Below are positions 8,295 through 18,204 of a stretch of DNA of 64,000 bases, one piece after another; the stretch's first letter is position 1; each line of letters begins with the position of its first letter. Origin of the DNA: Dehalococcoides mccartyi (GTDB lineage: Bacteria > Chloroflexota > Dehalococcoidia > UBA2979); assembly GCA_945865925.1 (NCBI GenBank), contig CAMBFG010000006.1:64760-128759 (forward strand). The letters run 5' to 3'. The notes under the pieces are model-generated. The model searched no databases. It was given only the letters and a program-made list of their open reading frames with translations, and was not told the origin of the DNA. Both the position numbers and the translations under genes were made by a program.

Positions 8295-9926
8295 TCACAG
8301 CGGCAGGCGGTCGCTCCGGTCGTCCCGTCGAGGCGGCTCCAGCGCCTTCCGCGCCTCCGGCAACGCACGCAGGAGGTCGGACGCCAGCGTCCCGGCTTCC
8401 CCGTAGACCGCCGAGACCTGCCGAGCGGCCTCTGCATGCACCCAGACGGCCACACAGGCTGCCTCGAAGCCTGGGAGGCCCTGGGCCGCGAATCCGGCCA
8501 CGAGCCCCGCCAGGACGTCCCCAGTGCCCCCGTGGGCCAGTGCCGAGGTCGCCGTCTCCGAGATTCGCGCTCGGCCGTCCGGCGCGGCGATGACCGTCCC
8601 AGCGCCCTTGAGGATGACCACGCTCGAGGTCTCCGCCGCCAGCCCGAGGGCGCTCGCGAGGCGGGCCGCCTGGATTGCCTCGATCGGCTGCCCCGTGAGC
8701 CGCGCCATCTCCCCGGGGTGAGGCGTGAGGACGCGAGGCGCGGCAAACCGCGTGTGCCATCCATGCTCGCCCGCCAGCACCGTCAGCGCGTCCGCGTCGA
8801 AGACGACCGTCTCCAGCCCCTCGACGCCGTCGAGGCCAGCCAGGAGGTGCTGCACGAAGCCTCGGGTGCCGTCCGACAGCCCCATGCCCGGGCCGACCAA
8901 CAGCGACCGCGCACGACCCCTGCGGAGTGCCTGCAGCAGGGCTCGTGCGCCCTCGGGTGTATGGGCGCCATCGAGGTCGGGGAGCGGCTCGTGCGTCGCG
9001 TCGGCGAAGGACACCAACAACGGTTGGATCGAGGCGGGCGCGGCCAGCGTGACCACACCACAGCCTGAGCGTGCCGCCGCCTCGGTCGCGAGGCGAGCCG
9101 CGCCGGGGTACCGCCGCGAGCCGGCAGCGATGACGGTCGTGCCAAACGTGCCTTTGTGCCCATCCGCCGGTCGCTCCGGCAGCGTCGCGCGCACCTCACG
9201 GAGCACCAGCGTGCCGAGGCCGAGCCGAGCGCGCGCCTCGGCGGGCACCCCGATCTCGACGGGTACCACGCGGCCTGCGAGCAGCGCGCCGGGCGTAGTC
9301 ACCAGGCCGACCTTGGTGCATTCGAACGTCACGGTCTCGTCAGCACTCGGCGTCAGCGGGTCGGCGTAGCCGGTGTCACTGTCGACGCCGCTTGGGAGGT
9401 CCACCGCCAGCAGCGGGATCGCGGGTGCCGAGGCGCGCGCCGCCTGCAGCCGTGCGAGCACCTGCGCCGCGTCGCCCTCGATCGGGCGCTCCTGCGGACG
9501 CAGACCGGTCCCGAAGACGGCGTCCACCGCAACCGCTGCGGTCGAGAGCAACTCTTCGAGGGTGGCGTAGCCAGCGTCTTCCGTCGCGATCGTGTGCGGC
9601 ACGCCCGCCTCGATGCACGCGCGCCACTCGAGGTCGTCCTCGGCTCGCGCACGCAGCAGGTAGACGTGGACCGGCGCACCCCACTCCGCGAGGCGTACCG
9701 CGGCGACGAGGCCGTCCCCGCCGTTGTTCCCCGACCCCGCGAGGATCAGCACCGGACGCTCCTCAGAGCCGCCCGCCATCATCCACGCTTCCTGCGCGAC
9801 CGCGAGGCCCGCATTCGCCATCAGTTCACGCTCGGAGACACCGGCAGCGACGGCGGCGGCTTCGAGGTCGCGCATCTGCGCCGCTGTCGCGAGCGGCGCC
9901 ATCGGCCGACCGAGGAGCGGGCTCAT
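8295..9926 (-). CDS. nnr: Bifunctional NAD(P)H-hydrate epimerase/dehydratase (YjeF_N + YjeF_C)
   Basis: YjeF N-terminal domain (ILAGSGNNGGDGLVAA) followed by carbohydrate-kinase-like C-terminal domain; ATGA overlap with acpS stop. Confidence 0.85.
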   Translation of the reverse strand: MSPLLGRPMAPLATAAQMRDLEAAAVAAGVSERELMANAGLAVAQEAWMMAGGSEERPVLILAGSGNNGGDGLVAAVRLAEWGAPVHVYLLRARAEDDLEWRACIEAGVPHTIATEDAGYATLEELLSTAAVAVDAVFGTGLRPQERPIEGDAAQVLARLQAARASAPAIPLLAVDLPSGVDSDTGYADPLTPSADETVTFECTKVGLVTTPGALLAGRVVPVEIGVPAEARARLGLGTLVLREVRATLPERPADGHKGTFGTTVIAAGSRRYPGAARLATEAAARSGCGVVTLAAPASIQPLLVSFADATHEPLPDLDGAHTPEGARALLQALRRGRARSLLVGPGMGLSDGTRGFVQHLLAGLDGVEGLETVVFDADALTVLAGEHGWHTRFAAPRVLTPHPGEMARLTGQPIEAIQAARLASALGLAAETSSVVILKGAGTVIAAPDGRARISETATSALAHGGTGDVLAGLVAGFAAQGLPGFEAACVAVWVHAEAARQVSAVYGEAGTLASDLLRALPEARKALEPPRRDDRSDRLPL

Positions 9927-10423
9927 TCGCGTGCCCCATCACCCTCGGGGTCGTCGGTCATCAGGCCACGTTCGCGCAGCCGCGCAATCAGGCGCGCTCG
10001 ACCGGCCATCGGGTCTTCCTCCAGCCGCTCCTGCGTGCACACGACGATCGCCATCGCGAACGATTCGAGGTGCGTGAGCGAGACATCAATGGCGTCCAGG
10101 CCGATCGCGTCCGCGCGCCGCCGGGCGCCGCCGTACAGGTACACCACCGGCTTCCCTCGACGGTCGGGGAGCACCTCGATGTCGCGCCAGGCGACCGAGC
10201 GTGCCCCGGTACCGAGGGCCTTCATTGTGGCTTCCTTGGCGGAGAAGCGCGCAGCCAGTTCTGGCACACGGCCGCGGCAGAAGGCGGCTTCGGCGCTTGT
10301 GAAGACGCGGTTGATGAACCGCTCCGGGTGCTTCGTCAGCACCGCGGCGACACGGTCAATCTCGATCAGGTCGATGCCGATGGCATGCGTGCTCACTGGC
10401 CCTCCGGCCCGCGAATCTAGCAC
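9923..10423 (-). CDS. acpS: Holo-ACP synthase (4'-phosphopantetheinyl transferase); true start may be GTG ~10396
   Basis: AIGIDLIEIDRV... SAKEATMKALG motifs; C-terminal extension. Confidence 0.8.
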   Translation of the reverse strand: MLDSRAGGPVSTHAIGIDLIEIDRVAAVLTKHPERFINRVFTSAEAAFCRGRVPELAARFSAKEATMKALGTGARSVAWRDIEVLPDRRGKPVVYLYGGARRRADAIGLDAIDVSLTHLESFAMAIVVCTQERLEEDPMAGRARLIARLRERGLMTDDPEGDGARE

Positions 10424-10469
10424 GATCCCGTGTCATACTCGCCGTGCCCACCACCGCAGGAGGCTGCCC

Positions 10470-11360
10470 GTGACCGCGAAGATCATCGACGGCACCGCCA
10501 TCGCCGCCGCCGTGCGCGCGGAAGTCGCCGCCGAGGTCGCGCGCGACACCGCAGCCGGCTACCGCCCACCTCACCTCACCGTCGTCATCGCCGGTGACGA
10601 CCCCGCCTCGCACGTCTACGTCCGCAGCAAGGGCCGCGCCTGCATTGAGGCCGGGATGACGCACGAGACGATCGCCCTGCCTGCCGACGTCACTCACGCC
10701 CAGGTGATCGAGGTGATCCGTCGCCTCAACGCGGATGACGGCGTGGACGGTGTCCTCGTGCAGATGCCGTTGCCCTCGCAGGTGGACGCGCAGGCCGCGA
10801 TGGCCGCCCTCGACCCCGCCAAGGATGCCGACGGGCTGTCGCCCTACAGCCTCGGGCGCCTGCTCCAGGGCGACGCGCCGATGCCACCCTGCACGCCGTC
10901 CGGCATCGTCGAGATGCTGCGCCGCTCGGGCATCGACACCCAGGGCGCGCGCGTCGTCATCGTGAACCGCTCGATGCTCGTGGGGCGTCCGCTCGCGATG
11001 CTGCTTTCCAACCGAGGCGCCGGCGCGAACGCCACCGTGACCGTTGCGCACACCGGCACGAAGGACCTCCCGAGCGTGATGCGCGAGGCTGAGATCCTGG
11101 TGACGGGGATGGGCCAGGCGCACGCCGTCACCGCCGACATGATCCGACCCGGTGCCGTGGTCATCGACGTCAGCGTGGTGCGCATCCCGGACGCGACGAA
11201 GAAGGCCGGCACTCGCCTCGTCGGCGACGTGGACTTCGAGGCGGCGCGCGAGGTCGCCTCGTGGATCACGCCCGTGCCCGGTGGTGTAGGCCCCATGACC
11301 ATCGCGATGCTGATGAAGAACACCCTGACGGCTGCCCGCGCCCGGCGAGCCGCCCGCTAG
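10470..11360 (+). CDS. folD: Bifunctional methylenetetrahydrofolate dehydrogenase/cyclohydrolase
   Basis: GTG 10470 preceded by gcaggagg RBS; VTAKIIDG..., YVRSKGRAC, PGGVGPMTIAML; the 734-aa track ORF 9156..11360 is an upstream spurious extension of this frame. Confidence 0.9.
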   Translation: MTAKIIDGTAIAAAVRAEVAAEVARDTAAGYRPPHLTVVIAGDDPASHVYVRSKGRACIEAGMTHETIALPADVTHAQVIEVIRRLNADDGVDGVLVQMPLPSQVDAQAAMAALDPAKDADGLSPYSLGRLLQGDAPMPPCTPSGIVEMLRRSGIDTQGARVVIVNRSMLVGRPLAMLLSNRGAGANATVTVAHTGTKDLPSVMREAEILVTGMGQAHAVTADMIRPGAVVIDVSVVRIPDATKKAGTRLVGDVDFEAAREVASWITPVPGGVGPMTIAMLMKNTLTAARARRAAR

Positions 11361-11413
11361 CGGCTGGACGAACCTCGGCTGCGCGCCAGCGCGCGGCGTG
11401 CGAACATGGGCCC

Positions 11414-12536
11414 ATGGACGAACTACGCCAGCGCATCGCCGAACTCCTCGCGCGCGTGCGGGACATTCAGGTGCGACTTTGACCTCCCTGCACAGGAGCG
11501 CGAACTAGCGCGCGTCAGGCAGGAGGCGGAGGCGCCCACGCTCTGGGACGACCAGGCGGACGCCCAGCGCGTCATGAAGGCCGTCGCCCGTCTCGAATCC
11601 TTGATCGAGACGTGGAGCACCCTCGAATCCGGCTCGCAGGATCTCCAGACGCTCCTCGAACTCGCCGCCGAGGCGGATGAGGCGGAGCGCGCCGAGGTCG
11701 TCGCGGAGATCGAGGCCGAACTCGCGACACTGCAGGCCCGCTTCGACGCCCTCGAACTGTCGCTGACCCTCGGCGGACCCTACGACGTGCGGAACGCGCT
11801 GCTCTCGGTACACGCGGGTGCCGGGGGTACCGAGGCGCAAGACTGGGCGGAGATGCTGCTGCGGATGTACCTCCGCTGGGCGGAACAGCACGGGTTCACC
11901 GCGGAAATCCTCGCCATCTCCAGCGGCGAGGAGGCCGGCGTGAAGTCGGTCGACCTCAAGATCAGCGGTGACTATGCCTACGGCATGCTCCGCTCCGAAC
12001 GAGGCGTCCACCGCCTGGTCCGGATGTCCCCGTTCGACTCCTCGCACTCCCGCCACACCTCGTTCGCACTGGTCGAGGTGATGCCGGAAGCCGAGGTACA
12101 CGACAACACCATCGTGGTGAACCCGGACGACCTGCGGGTGGACACGTTCCGGGCGTCCGGGCACGGTGGCCAGAACGTTCAGAAGAACGATACGGCCGTC
12201 CGCCTGACGCACCTGCCAACCGGTATCGTGGTGACGTGCCAGAACGAGCGCTCCCAGGGGCAAAACCGGGAGAGCGCCATGCTCGTACTCAAATCGAGGC
12301 TCCTCGAACTTGAGATTGAGCGACGCGAGGCCGAGGCGAAGCGCCTGAAGGGCGCACACGTCGAGGCCGGGTGGGGGAACCAGATCCGCTCGTACGTCCT
12401 CCACCCCTACAAGATGGTGAAGGATCTGCGCACCGGGACTGAGACCAGCGACACCGCGCGAGTGCTTGACGGTGGTATCGATGAGTTCGTGGCGGCCTAC
12501 CTGCGCGGGCAGGTGGGGACGGAGGCGGCAGGATGA
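11414..12536 (+). CDS. prfB: Peptide chain release factor 2 with programmed +1 frameshift (frame 0 ATG 11414 to CUU UGA C at 11477-11483, then +1 frame to 12536)
   Basis: Frame 0 MDELRQRIAELLARVRDIQVRL stops at TGA 11480-11482 in canonical CTT TGA C context; +1 frame continues DLPAQERELARV...; SPF and GGQ (GHGGQNVQ) motifs downstream. Confidence 0.9.
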
Positions 12537-13912
12537 CCCACCGAGTGACGTTCGTCCGTGGCGCACGCTCCATCGAGGTCGCGGTGGTGCTCTTCGCACT
12601 GCTGCTGGGACTCGCGGTCACGCCTCGCACGGCCCACGCGGGCACCATCACCGCGGGCGACCCCACTACGACGAGCGCTGACCCGAAGGCCGTGGTCTTC
12701 AAGGTGACGGTGCAGGCGCCCTCGGGCCTCCAGACCGCGACGCTCGACTACAAGCTCTTCAACCCAGACACGACCGTCGGTGGTAGCCAACAGGCCGAGG
12801 TCAACGGCAGCACCGCCACCGAAGTCACCGTCACCCTCAACACCAACTCCAACGAGCGCTACATCCCGATCGGCTCGTTCTTCAGGTACACGTGGACGCT
12901 GGTGGACAAGGACGGGACTCGCGTCGTCACGCCGGAGCGTTCGTTCGTCTTCCTCGATGGCCGCTACCAGTGGCAGGAGAAGACCACCGGCAACTTCACC
13001 GTCTACTGGTACGGCGACAACGTCCGCAATGCCGATCTGGCACTGCAGGCCGCGGCCGCCTCGACCGCCGACAACGAGAAACTGCTGAACGTCAAACTCA
13101 CTTATCCGATCCGCCTCGTCGTCTGGCGCCGGGAGTCTGAGGGCGAAGCGGCGCAGCAGTCGCGAGGTGGCTCGTTCGACCGTCAGGTCGTGACCGGCGG
13201 CGCGCGTGTGGCCCCCGATGTCGTCCACCTGTACGACCCGATCGGTGGGTTCGTTGACGTAGTGCGTCACGAGATCGCACACATCGTGACGAAGGTCGCG
13301 GGCGACGGGCCGTTCGGCCGGCTCCCCTCGTGGATTGATGAAGGCACCGCCGTATTTGCCCAGACGGATCCGGGTGGGTACCGCTTCGCGCTGCAGTCCG
13401 CGATCCAGTCCGACAACCTCACCCGGCTGAGGGCAATGTCATCCCCCGCCAACCAGGCGAACAAGGTGGACATCTTCTACGGCCAGTCGTGGGCCACGGT
13501 GAAGTACATGGTCGACAAACACGGACAGCCGAAGTTCGCCGACCTCTACAAGACGTTCCGGGCCAGCGGAGACATGGACGGCGCCCTGAAGCAGGTCTAC
13601 GGCGTGGACCAGGACGGTCTGTACAACGAGTGGCGGCAGAGTGTCGGCCTGAAGCCGATCGAGTTCCCCCCCGAGGCCTCCACGGGTAGCCCGCAGGCGC
13701 AGGGCACTCGCGCCCCACTCGGCATCGGTGTCCCCGGTGCGGGCGGGACGGTCTCGCAGGGTGCGGGCGGCGATGGCGCCACGACACCGGCGACCGCGAG
13801 CGGATCGAAGACGCTTCCGGCGATCATCGTTGGCCTCGCCACGCTGGCGATGGCGGCGGGGATGGGGTTCGGCGCCTTCCGGCTGCTCAAGAAACCGAAG
13901 ACCCGGGTTTAG
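12533..13912 (+). CDS. Putative secreted, membrane-anchored zinc metallopeptidase-like protein (HExxH, peptidase MA-like)
   Basis: N-terminal signal peptide (AVVLFALLLGLAVTPRTAHA), HEIAH motif, C-terminal TM anchor LPAIIVGLATLAMAAGMGFGAF; ATGA overlap with prfB stop. Confidence 0.6.
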   Translation: MTHRVTFVRGARSIEVAVVLFALLLGLAVTPRTAHAGTITAGDPTTTSADPKAVVFKVTVQAPSGLQTATLDYKLFNPDTTVGGSQQAEVNGSTATEVTVTLNTNSNERYIPIGSFFRYTWTLVDKDGTRVVTPERSFVFLDGRYQWQEKTTGNFTVYWYGDNVRNADLALQAAAASTADNEKLLNVKLTYPIRLVVWRRESEGEAAQQSRGGSFDRQVVTGGARVAPDVVHLYDPIGGFVDVVRHEIAHIVTKVAGDGPFGRLPSWIDEGTAVFAQTDPGGYRFALQSAIQSDNLTRLRAMSSPANQANKVDIFYGQSWATVKYMVDKHGQPKFADLYKTFRASGDMDGALKQVYGVDQDGLYNEWRQSVGLKPIEFPPEASTGSPQAQGTRAPLGIGVPGAGGTVSQGAGGDGATTPATASGSKTLPAIIVGLATLAMAAGMGFGAFRLLKKPKTRV

Positions 13913-13920
13913 CCCCTTGG

Positions 13921-14763
13921 CTATCGCCCCGGCACGATGAGCCCGCTCCCGCCGCTCGCTGCGGGTGGGGGCATCGAGGGCGCCCCGGCGGCGCTAGCGG
14001 CCTTCACCTGCTCCTCCGTGACGAACTCCGTCACGAAGAGACGTTCGCGCGTGACCGTCTGCTCATCGTTCGAGGCGATGCGCCATAACTGCTCGATCAG
14101 TTGGGGTTCGTCCCACGCGCCGGAGAACCGCCGACCCTCGATCGTCATCAGCGGCACCTCGGTGACGGCCTTGATCGAAGCGAGACGAGGGAACTCCGCT
14201 ACCTCGATCGCGGTGAGCCGGATGTTCTTGCTCTCCGCCGCGAACGCGCCGGCCAGCCGCAGCAGATGCCCGGAGTAGGCGTCGTACGGCGCGATGAGGA
14301 TCTCCACATCGAGCGCTCGAGGAAGTCCAGCCAGGGCAGCCTTCGTCTCCGGCTGCAGGGGCGTTTCGCCCGACAGGAAGGTCACCACGTCCAGCAGGGG
14401 CGGGAAGAGCATCCCGGAGACCAGACCCACGAGGCGTATCGACTTGCCGCTGCCGCGCAGCACCGTCGTCGGCGCCAGGTAGATCGCCTCGCGCTGCGCT
14501 CGCTCGGCGAACTGGTCGAGGGAGTACGGGGTGATCTGGATCGCGGGATGCAACGTGGCCAGCTGGCGCATCGCGGCCAGCATCACCTCGGCGTGGACGG
14601 CTCCGTCGCGGTCGGGCAGCACGATGCTGGTGTCGGGCCGCCACCACACCTCGAGGCTGACGCGGCGTGAGATGCGCTCAGAGAGCCAGCGCGCGATGGC
14701 GAGGGTTTCTTCGCGGCCAAGGGGGCCGGCGTTCGGGGTGGTTGCAGCGGCTTCGTTGGTCAT
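13921..14763 (-). CDS. Hypothetical protein, last gene of inositol-lipid operon (start ATG 14763 overlapping upstream stop)
   Basis: High GC3; ATGA overlap with CDP-alcohol phosphatidyltransferase stop; no clear motif (possibly thioredoxin-like fold). Confidence 0.45.
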   Translation of the reverse strand: MTNEAAATTPNAGPLGREETLAIARWLSERISRRVSLEVWWRPDTSIVLPDRDGAVHAEVMLAAMRQLATLHPAIQITPYSLDQFAERAQREAIYLAPTTVLRGSGKSIRLVGLVSGMLFPPLLDVVTFLSGETPLQPETKAALAGLPRALDVEILIAPYDAYSGHLLRLAGAFAAESKNIRLTAIEVAEFPRLASIKAVTEVPLMTIEGRRFSGAWDEPQLIEQLWRIASNDEQTVTRERLFVTEFVTEEQVKAASAAGAPSMPPPAASGGSGLIVPGR

Positions 14764-15362
14764 CGGTCCTCCGTCGGTGCTGCGTCCTCTGCGATGAGCG
14801 CACGCGAACCGATCCACAGTCGCTGGAACGCCGTCAGCACCGTCAGCACGGCGAGTGCCCACAGTGCCGCGCGCGTGAGTCCGAAGAGCAGCGCCACGCC
14901 CACGAGCACCACGCGCTCCGAGCGCGTGAACAGCCCGTCCTTCAGCGCCAGTCCGAGGCCTTCCGCACGCGCTCGGACGTACGACACCATCAGCGACCCC
15001 ACCGTCGCGACGAAGGCGAGCATCGCCTGCTCGTCACTCCCGGTCTGAAGGGCGTACCAGAGCAGCCCGCCGAGGACGGCCGCCTCGGACAGCCGGTCGA
15101 GCGTGGAGTCGTACAGCGCGCCAAACCTCGATGCTGTCCCCGTCGCGCGGGCCAGTGCGCCGTCGAGCAGGTCGAGCGCGCTGAAGAACAGCACGGCGAT
15201 ACCCGCCAGCAGCAACTCCCCCTGCGACGCGAGCCATGCAGCAAACACGTTTCCGAGGAACCCCGCCGTCGTCAGCATCGCCGCCGTGACGTGCGCGGCG
15301 GCGAGGCCCCGGACGATCGGATCGAGGATGGCGGCTGGTGCTCGGCGCGGAAGAAGGCTCAT
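14760..15362 (-). CDS. CDP-alcohol phosphatidyltransferase (phosphatidylinositol-phosphate synthase-like)
   Basis: CDP-OH_P_transf signature D-x2-D-G-x2-A-R...G...D-x3-D (DLLDGALARA...GALYDSTLDRLSE); multi-TM. Confidence 0.8.
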   Translation of the reverse strand: MSLLPRRAPAAILDPIVRGLAAAHVTAAMLTTAGFLGNVFAAWLASQGELLLAGIAVLFFSALDLLDGALARATGTASRFGALYDSTLDRLSEAAVLGGLLWYALQTGSDEQAMLAFVATVGSLMVSYVRARAEGLGLALKDGLFTRSERVVLVGVALLFGLTRAALWALAVLTVLTAFQRLWIGSRALIAEDAAPTEDR

Positions 15363-16528
15363 TCGCGCATCGCCAGACGGTGCCGGGTGGCGTCCATGCT
15401 GTCGCGCTGGTCGAGCAGGCGCTCGTAGTAGGACTCCACCTGCTGGCCGACGCGTGGCCAGGAGAATTCGTCTACGCGCAGACGGCCGCGCGCCGCCAAC
15501 CGTTCACGCTGCGCCGGGTCGCGCACCAGTGCGGTGAGCGCGTCCGCGAGTGCCATCGTGTCCTTCGGTCGTACGAGCACGCCATCCACCCCGTGCGTGA
15601 TCACCGACGCATATCCATCGATGTTCGAGGCGACGACGGGCAGTCCCGCCGCCATCGCTTCCAGGAGGACGTATCCCTGCGACTCGTTGCCGAGCGCGGG
15701 AGAGCAGAAGACCTGCGCCGTGCGGTGATACCTCGGCAGCTTGTCGTAGGGCTGCTCCGGGACAAAGATCACACCGCGCTGGCCGCTCCGCTGCACCATC
15801 GCCTCGTACCGTCGGCGTGCACGCGAGTCTGGCCCGACGACGATCAACCGTGTGTCGGGGATGCGGGCGTTCACCACGCCGAAGGCGCGCAGCAGCGTCC
15901 CCAGGCCCTTTCGCTTCTCTGCCCGCCCCACGTAGAGGATGTTCATCGTGCCCTCGAACGCGGCGATCGGCTCGTGCCGAGGGTCGGCCCAGTGTTCGAC
16001 GTCGATGCCATTCGAGATGATGTTGTAAAACCCTGGGAAGTAGCGGCTCACGTACTGCGCGGCGGGTGGCGATACCGCGATCTTGCCATCGATCTCTCGG
16101 AACCAGCGCTTCAGCAGCCGCTGGCCGTATGCATACAATCGGTTCCCGCCATCCTTGCGTGCGTGGAACGTCCCGACCGTCACCGATCGAGGGCTCGCCG
16201 AGCGCGCGTTGCGCAGCACCTGGATCGGGAGCACGGGCATCAGCGGCTCATGGACGTGGATCACGTCGAACTGCTCGGCCGCCAGCAACTCCTGTACGCG
16301 CTTGCCGAGGCGAGGGTTTACGGGGATGCGCACCACGGATCCGGACGCTGCTACCGGGATCGGGCGGCCGATGACGTGGACGAGGGGGTCATCCACCTTT
16401 CGCGAGGCCGGAGCGATCACGTGTACCTCGTGCCCGCGTGAGCGCAACTCGTCAGCGAGGTGCAACACGTGGTTGTTCACGCCGCCGGGCGTGTGCCAGT
16501 CGTACGGGGACACGAGCGCGACCTTCAT
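15359..16528 (-). CDS. GT4 glycosyltransferase, PimA-like (phosphatidylinositol mannosyltransferase candidate)
   Basis: MKVALVSPYDWHTPGGVNNHV... GT4 N- and C-terminal domains (EX7E-type); ATGA overlaps at both ends. Confidence 0.8.
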   Translation of the reverse strand: MKVALVSPYDWHTPGGVNNHVLHLADELRSRGHEVHVIAPASRKVDDPLVHVIGRPIPVAASGSVVRIPVNPRLGKRVQELLAAEQFDVIHVHEPLMPVLPIQVLRNARSASPRSVTVGTFHARKDGGNRLYAYGQRLLKRWFREIDGKIAVSPPAAQYVSRYFPGFYNIISNGIDVEHWADPRHEPIAAFEGTMNILYVGRAEKRKGLGTLLRAFGVVNARIPDTRLIVVGPDSRARRRYEAMVQRSGQRGVIFVPEQPYDKLPRYHRTAQVFCSPALGNESQGYVLLEAMAAGLPVVASNIDGYASVITHGVDGVLVRPKDTMALADALTALVRDPAQRERLAARGRLRVDEFSWPRVGQQVESYYERLLDQRDSMDATRHRLAMRE

Positions 16529-17331
16529 CGATGCGCCCTGACCCGGTCGCTGACGCGCTGCACGAACCGTCCGAGGGGCGGCCACAGGACCTTCTTCGGC
16601 GTGACGGAGAGCCCTCGCACCTGTTGGAGCGCGAGGCGTCCCGCGCCGATCTGGCGCAGCGGGATGCCGGCACCCTTCCGTCCCGCGCTCGTGCGCGCGA
16701 GGATCGCCTGCCGGACGTCGTCCGAGGTGCGCCCGGGGAACAGGGTGTACGCGGCGCCGACGGCTTCCGTGAAGTGCGCGTCGCTGCCGCCCGTCTCCGC
16801 CAGGCCCCAACGCGCACGGTTCATCTCGACCGCGCGGATGCCCGTGTCCCAGCCCGCCGAGGTCGGATTCGCGACCTCGATCCCGTCCGGGTGCGTCGTG
16901 GGGTCGCCGATGGCGAGGACGCGCTCAAGTGTGCGCCGCCCGATCGAGCGGGTGAGCAACGAAAAGGGATGCGGTACGACCGCGAGGCCACCCTGGGCGT
17001 GGATTGCCGCGACGGTCTCCTCCAGCGATCGGAACGATCGCACCGGCCGCTCCACCCACAGCGCCAGCAGGTGCCCGTGTTGGGTCGTGACCTCGATGCC
17101 GGTGACGAGTTCGAAGTGGTAGGGCGCCTGGGCGTGTACCTCGCGCGCCTCCAGGGCACCGCGGATGTCGTCGTGATCAGTGACCGCGATGACATCGAGT
17201 TCGCCGAGGACTTCGACGCGCTCGAAGATCGTGCGTGCGTCCTCCATGCCGTCACCGAACGCGGTGTGGACCTGCAGGTCGGCACGGCCAAAGCGGCGGG
17301 CGGGAGCAGCATCGTGGGGCATCGAGGTCAT
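16525..17331 (-). CDS. PHP-domain metal-dependent phosphoesterase
   Basis: PHP motifs (DLQVHTAFGDG, VIAVTDHD, GGSDAH); start ATG 17331 overlaps LPLAT stop (ATGA). Confidence 0.75.
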   Translation of the reverse strand: MTSMPHDAAPARRFGRADLQVHTAFGDGMEDARTIFERVEVLGELDVIAVTDHDDIRGALEAREVHAQAPYHFELVTGIEVTTQHGHLLALWVERPVRSFRSLEETVAAIHAQGGLAVVPHPFSLLTRSIGRRTLERVLAIGDPTTHPDGIEVANPTSAGWDTGIRAVEMNRARWGLAETGGSDAHFTEAVGAAYTLFPGRTSDDVRQAILARTSAGRKGAGIPLRQIGAGRLALQQVRGLSVTPKKVLWPPLGRFVQRVSDRVRAHR

Positions 17332-18197
17332 TGTAGCCCGCGCCAGACGGGCGCCAGCGGGAACCATTGCCCCGGTGTCCGTGCAATCGCCCGTTCGAGG
17401 GCGCGCACATACACCGCCTCGGCGGCTTCCACATCGCGGCGTCGGTCACCGCTCGGCTGCGGCAGCACCAGCCGCTCGACGGCCGCGGCGTACCGCCCCG
17501 GCCTCGTGCGCGTCACCCACCCGACGAGGACGGCCGCGCCCGTGCGCACCGCGATCTCCATCAGCCCGTCCGGCATCGCCGCGCGCTCCTCGAAGAACAC
17601 CGTCGGCTTCCCCGTCCCGAGCACATCGCGGTCGGCCAGTCCGCCGAGGACGCCTCCGCACCGCACGTGAGCAATCGCTGTCCGCAGCCCCGCCGTGTCA
17701 GGCGCCAGCATCCGCGCTCCCGCGCGCTCACGGCGCGCCTCGATCAATACGTGGACGCGAGGGTTCGACAATGGCTCGACGAAGATCGCGGACGGCAAGC
17801 CGAGGCACGGTAGGAGCGTCGCGATCACCTCGGGGTTGCCGAGGTGCGCGGACATCAGCACGACCCCACGCCCCTCGTCGTACGCCTCGAACAGCGCTTC
17901 GACGCCATCGATACGGTCGAGGCGTGCGAATGTCTCCTCCGGCGTCAGCCGTGGCATGAGCGCAAGGTCGATCCAGTACCACGCCGCCGTCCGGACGCAG
18001 TCGCGCGCCTCCGCCTCGATGTGACGGCGCGGCGCACCGCTCCCCAGGACGTGACGCATGTGGTCGGTCGTCGTCTCGCGCAGCCGTCGCGAGGCGGGCC
18101 AGACGAGGCCGCCGCCTGCCCACACGAGCGCGGCCAGCACGCGCAGCGGCACGCGTGGGAGCACGAGCAGGAGTGCCCGGAGCAGCCAGTACGGCAT
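17328..18197 (-). CDS. Lysophospholipid/lipid A-type acyltransferase (LPLAT, HtrB-like), copy 1
   Basis: LPLAT family signature region (SAHLGNPE... LADRDV), context with PI operon. Confidence 0.7.
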   Translation of the reverse strand: MPYWLLRALLLVLPRVPLRVLAALVWAGGGLVWPASRRLRETTTDHMRHVLGSGAPRRHIEAEARDCVRTAAWYWIDLALMPRLTPEETFARLDRIDGVEALFEAYDEGRGVVLMSAHLGNPEVIATLLPCLGLPSAIFVEPLSNPRVHVLIEARRERAGARMLAPDTAGLRTAIAHVRCGGVLGGLADRDVLGTGKPTVFFEERAAMPDGLMEIAVRTGAAVLVGWVTRTRPGRYAAAVERLVLPQPSGDRRRDVEAAEAVYVRALERAIARTPGQWFPLAPVWRGLQ

Positions 18198-18204
18198 TCG
18201 AGGG

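Noticed and set aside
9156-11360. 734-aa plus-strand ORF spanning nnr/acpS antisense and folD
   Set aside because: Only the last ~297 codons (from GTG 10470 with a gcaggagg RBS) match FolD; the upstream 1.3 kb is antisense to well-supported nnr and acpS genes and is a typical high-GC spurious open frame
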